From Sedimentisphaeraceae bacterium JB056 (GTDB taxonomy: Bacteria; Planctomycetota; Phycisphaerae; Sedimentisphaerales; Sedimentisphaeraceae), in NCBI GenBank assembly GCA_044440125.1, contig JBITAJ010000015.1, positions 192,001 through 256,000 of the forward strand: a stretch of 64,000 nucleotides of DNA, read 5' to 3'. Below are positions 60,882 through 64,000 of the stretch, piece after piece (position 1 is the stretch's first letter; every line of letters starts with the position of its first letter). The notes under the pieces are model-generated. The model saw only the letters and a program-made list of their open reading frames with translations. It searched no databases and was not told the DNA's origin. A program made the position numbers and the translations under genes.

Positions 60882-61460
60882 ATGTCGAAGTATATATTCT
60901 TTTTGGTTCTCACTATAGTTATAGTTGTTTCTGTAATGATATTTAATGGTGATAGTGTTTCAGACGATGACCTGGAATTAGAAGTATTAGCAGGTATTCT
61001 CGAAAAAGAAGAATCAGAAGCGGTCTTGTGTTTTTCTGAATATAATTGGAATGATGGTGAGAAGATTTATTTTGATTTACAAGAAAAATATCCTAAGTGC
61101 TGTTTTTCTCCAATGCTTGTTCCTATTGATGGTGCTTATTGCGTTACATTATGCGTTCCAGAGAAAGACTACAATGAGTTTTCGTTAGAAAGTAAGAGAA
61201 AATTATTGAATTATGCTTCATCTTTTGTCCCTGTCGCTAAAAAATATCCAAGCAGGTATTTGATTTTATCACCAACAGCACCAATCTTTAAAACGGGCAT
61301 AATTGATACATGGGTTAATCCAATGGATTCAAAAAGTTGTGCTATTACGGTCGGAGAAATTGAATACGGATATTATTATGAAACAGGAACAGGGCGTCAG
61401 ATTTATGGAGAATATATTGCTGAAAAATTTCATGTTACATACAACGAGCTTAAGTTTTAG
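60882..61460 (+). CDS. hypothetical protein with N-terminal membrane anchor
   Basis: 192 aa ORF; AAGGGG RBS; hydrophobic N-terminus; no recognised motif. Confidence 0.6.
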   Translation: MSKYIFFLVLTIVIVVSVMIFNGDSVSDDDLELEVLAGILEKEESEAVLCFSEYNWNDGEKIYFDLQEKYPKCCFSPMLVPIDGAYCVTLCVPEKDYNEFSLESKRKLLNYASSFVPVAKKYPSRYLILSPTAPIFKTGIIDTWVNPMDSKSCAITVGEIEYGYYYETGTGRQIYGEYIAEKFHVTYNELKF

Positions 61461-61833
61461 TTTTTGTCTTTGCCTTAGGTTTTTCGTCTTCTTGTTCTGT
61501 ATGCGTGGCGATGTCGTGAAGCAGGAAGTAGTTGAGGATTGTCCTTATTGCGATTATGGCCGCAAGCTGACCAATGTCGGTCCAGTTAGGTGCAAGCGTG
61601 GTTTTTAGGATGCTTGCGCCGATTAGAAAGCCAAGAGCCAGAGAAAATGAGTAGCCCAGTTCCATGCGGCTTGCGTTGACAGCCTCTGCCGAACGGCCGG
61701 GGGTTAATACATCTGAGAGGTATATCTTAAGAGCTTTGACAATGCCAATAGAAAGTACGATCATCGCGAGAAACTGACATATTATCACAATTATGTTATT
61801 GAGTATCTGCAGCCAATTCATTAATAGATCCAT
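61450..61833 (-). CDS. DUF1622 family membrane protein
   Basis: RMELGYSFSLALGFLIGASILKT..P.W..IGQLAAIIAIRTILNYFL; GGAGGAG RBS. Confidence 0.85.
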   Translation of the reverse strand: MDLLMNWLQILNNIIVIICQFLAMIVLSIGIVKALKIYLSDVLTPGRSAEAVNASRMELGYSFSLALGFLIGASILKTTLAPNWTDIGQLAAIIAIRTILNYFLLHDIATHTEQEDEKPKAKTKTKT

Positions 61834-61960
61834 GAGAGACTCCTCCCTAAAAGTTAGTCAGAATACTATATTATGCCTTTGATTATCTATTATATCTTGA
61901 TTTATGCATTAAGTCAACAATATGAAATCAATGGGTTTTCTCTATTGGTACTGGTGCAGA

Positions 61961-63082
61961 TTAATTGCACAGTTCTGGTGATTCGTTACAGTTCAATAGC
62001 CAGCTTTTGGATATTTCGGCCAGATCAAGCATGTTGACTTTGCAGTCTCCGTTGAGGTCGGCGGCATGCTTATAGATGCACGGCACATCAATTCCATATG
62101 CTATGATTCGTGTTACAACGTTATTTTGCAGGTTTCTGTACCAGAAATCATAGTCATAGCGATGGTAGACGCCTTCACCAAAATTGTCGCCGAAATCCAG
62201 GCTTGTTTTATACTCTTCGGGGATATTTGCCGTGAGTCCTCGTTGCACAGTATCAATTTGTGCATCGCAGAAGTTGAGATAAGGATAGCTGTCTGTTGTA
62301 AGCATTTCACCTGTTGCATGGTCGTAAATTACAGCACCCAGATGCATCTCGCTTGAAGCATAAGTATCATCGGTTTTCCAGTTGAGCGGGTTTATGCAGA
62401 TCGCATCATTACTGCTTACCATTGGACCGTGGTCTACTCCGGGGGCTTGCGTGTTGAAAGTTACGACAGCTTTCGTGTCCGATTCGCCTTGTGCTGCTGT
62501 TAAGCCTGTGCCTGCTAAATCTGCTTCTGTTATTGTTTCACCCAGCAGATATGCGGCGATCATGTTCTGACTGAGCGCCTGATTACTCGGAAAGTTATTC
62601 ATAATCAGCACTTTTAATGCACGTGTTCCCTGACTATGCCCTGCTAAAATAAACGGACGAGTCAATCCCGGATTGATGTTTGTGAGGTAGTAATTGAATG
62701 CATCATCAACATCGGCCTGCCCAATTGAATAATCGTAAGTTTGCCCTCCCGTGCTGCATTGCCTGTAATATGGGGCAACTATATTTGCCAGACCGAAGAA
62801 AATGGAAGCCTGAGACTTGTAAATTCCCAGAGCAAGTCCACGGTCTGTTTCGTTGTTTATGTCCATGTATCCGCTCGGGTCAGCACTTACAGTCGGGTAA
62901 ACATAAAACACATCGACAGGCTTATCATAAGATGTCGGTAATTTAAGCCAATTGTCAGCATCGCTGTAGTCAATATCTTCGGCTAAGACAAAAACTGGTA
63001 ACAAAAGCGTGAGCAGGGCGATGCGTTTTCCGATACTTGAACCTCTCTGTAATGCAAGTATGACAATAGTGCTAAATTTCAT
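61961..63082 (-). CDS. DUF3089 alpha/beta-hydrolase with C-terminal dockerin-like module
   Basis: DVFYVYPT, APYYRQ, GHSQG nucleophile elbow, CINPLNW, YHRYDY; C-terminal ADLNGDCKVNMLDL...WL. Confidence 0.85.
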   Translation of the reverse strand: MKFSTIVILALQRGSSIGKRIALLTLLLPVFVLAEDIDYSDADNWLKLPTSYDKPVDVFYVYPTVSADPSGYMDINNETDRGLALGIYKSQASIFFGLANIVAPYYRQCSTGGQTYDYSIGQADVDDAFNYYLTNINPGLTRPFILAGHSQGTRALKVLIMNNFPSNQALSQNMIAAYLLGETITEADLAGTGLTAAQGESDTKAVVTFNTQAPGVDHGPMVSSNDAICINPLNWKTDDTYASSEMHLGAVIYDHATGEMLTTDSYPYLNFCDAQIDTVQRGLTANIPEEYKTSLDFGDNFGEGVYHRYDYDFWYRNLQNNVVTRIIAYGIDVPCIYKHAADLNGDCKVNMLDLAEISKSWLLNCNESPELCN

Positions 63083-63143
63083 TTTTAACCTCCATTTACT
63101 AATAATTGCGTTAATCTATATTTTGCTGCCAACCGTAAAATAG

Positions 63144-63217
63144 CGTCCCCGGCAGGATTCGAACCTGCAACCTTCGGCTCCGGAAACCGATGCTCTATCC
63201 AATTGAGCCACGGGGAC
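63144..63217 (-). tRNA. tRNA-Arg (anticodon CCG)
   Basis: acceptor GTCCCCG/CGGGGAC; D arm GCTC-AATTGGATA-GAGC; anticodon loop TTCCGGA; T arm GCAGG-TTCGAAT-CCTGC; CCA not encoded (CTA follows). Confidence 0.95.
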
Positions 63218-63655
63218 ATTCCCGCAAGATTGATATGATACATATTTGTATTATTTTGGCAAGATTCAAAATAAAAGAATATGCATTCGTAAAAAAGCTT
63301 AAGTAAAGTAAGCCGATTTGTCTGTGCATGTTTGTGCATCGCTTGTCCGGATTAATTGTTTTTCAGATATCTGATTGTTTTAAGGCGACGGTACAGATTC
63401 TTTACATCTGTCATTATTTGTCTTATTCAGGCGATTTCGGAAGGCTGAAGGTTAAAATGTATCCTGTGTCGAAATGTTGTCTAAGTGTTTTTGACGTAGG
63501 GTTTTATATGCTTTTACGGTAGGCCTTTGCAGGGGTATTATAATCTTGCATTTATATGCTTGATTTGTTATAATTACTAAATTGGTTTTGATTTTTAATA
63601 ATATTAACTTTTCTGTTTAATAGAGTTTTGATAAATATATAAGGATTTTGCGATT

Positions 63656-64000
63656 ATGAAAAGTGATGAAGTTAAAAAAGGGTTTCAGAGAGCACCTCAC
63701 CGCGGGCTTCTGCATGCTTGCGGGGTTAAGAAAGAGGATCTTGGAAAGCCTTTTATTGCGATAGCAAATAGTTTTTGTGAAGTAGTACCCGGCCATGCTC
63801 ACCTTAACAAGGTTGCAGAGGTTGTAAAGCAGGCAGTAAGAGATGCCGGCGGTGTTCCTTTTGAGTTTAATACAATTGCAGTATGTGATGGTATTGCCAT
63901 GGGCCATAGCGGTATGAAATATTCATTGGCTTCTCGCGAGATCATTGCTGATGCGGTTGAGACAATGTGCCGTGCCCACTGTTTTGACGGTATGATATGT
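63656..64000 (+). CDS. ilvD: dihydroxy-acid dehydratase, 5' part (runs off window; absent from ORF track)
   Basis: manual translation [19 protein letters not shown]...KPFIAIANS...PGHAHL...[25 protein letters not shown]. Confidence 0.95.
   Translation, partial: MKSDEVKKGFQRAPHRGLLHACGVKKEDLGKPFIAIANSFCEVVPGHAHLNKVAEVVKQAVRDAGGVPFEFNTIAVCDGIAMGHSGMKYSLASREIIADAVETMCRAHCFDGMIC

Noticed and set aside
63085..63339. 84 aa ORF on the minus strand
   Set aside because: Overlaps the tRNA-Arg gene; spurious translation
63328..63522. 64 aa ORF as possible ilvD leader peptide
   Set aside because: No Ile/Leu/Val codon run with attenuator hairpins, no clear RBS, and no T-box motif seen

Overview
64 kb of a bacterial chromosome of moderate GC (roughly 40% by eye), with about 52 genes and one tRNA. 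PEP-CTERM proteins, Cys/Trp-flanked dockerin-like modules, a DUF1570-like lipoprotein and an elongated multi-PDZ RseP suggest Planctomycetota, probably Phycisphaerae/Sedimentisphaerales-like (inference, not verified). Core or metabolic content: CPA2-CBS antiporter, TM-type RNase Z, TPS/TPP fusion plus GH15, pgk, a CHAD-HD-ppx-ppk1 polyphosphate locus, pabB/C fusion, rny-ymdB, ycjXF, rseP with two GT2 genes, HU, csp, rtcB, GH89, GH2, tRNA-Arg(CCG) and the start of ilvD. Accessory content: a copper/redox module and a persulfide reductase module. The most unusual element is a self-contained operon of two translationally coupled paralogous lipoprotein secretins (34655-38546). Each has one N-domain and a 240-300 aa C-terminal coiled-coil tail, and no T2SS/T4P/Tad gene is present in the window. 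No CRISPR array, transposase or integrase was seen. Starts were moved from the ORF track where RBS or promoter evidence supported it.
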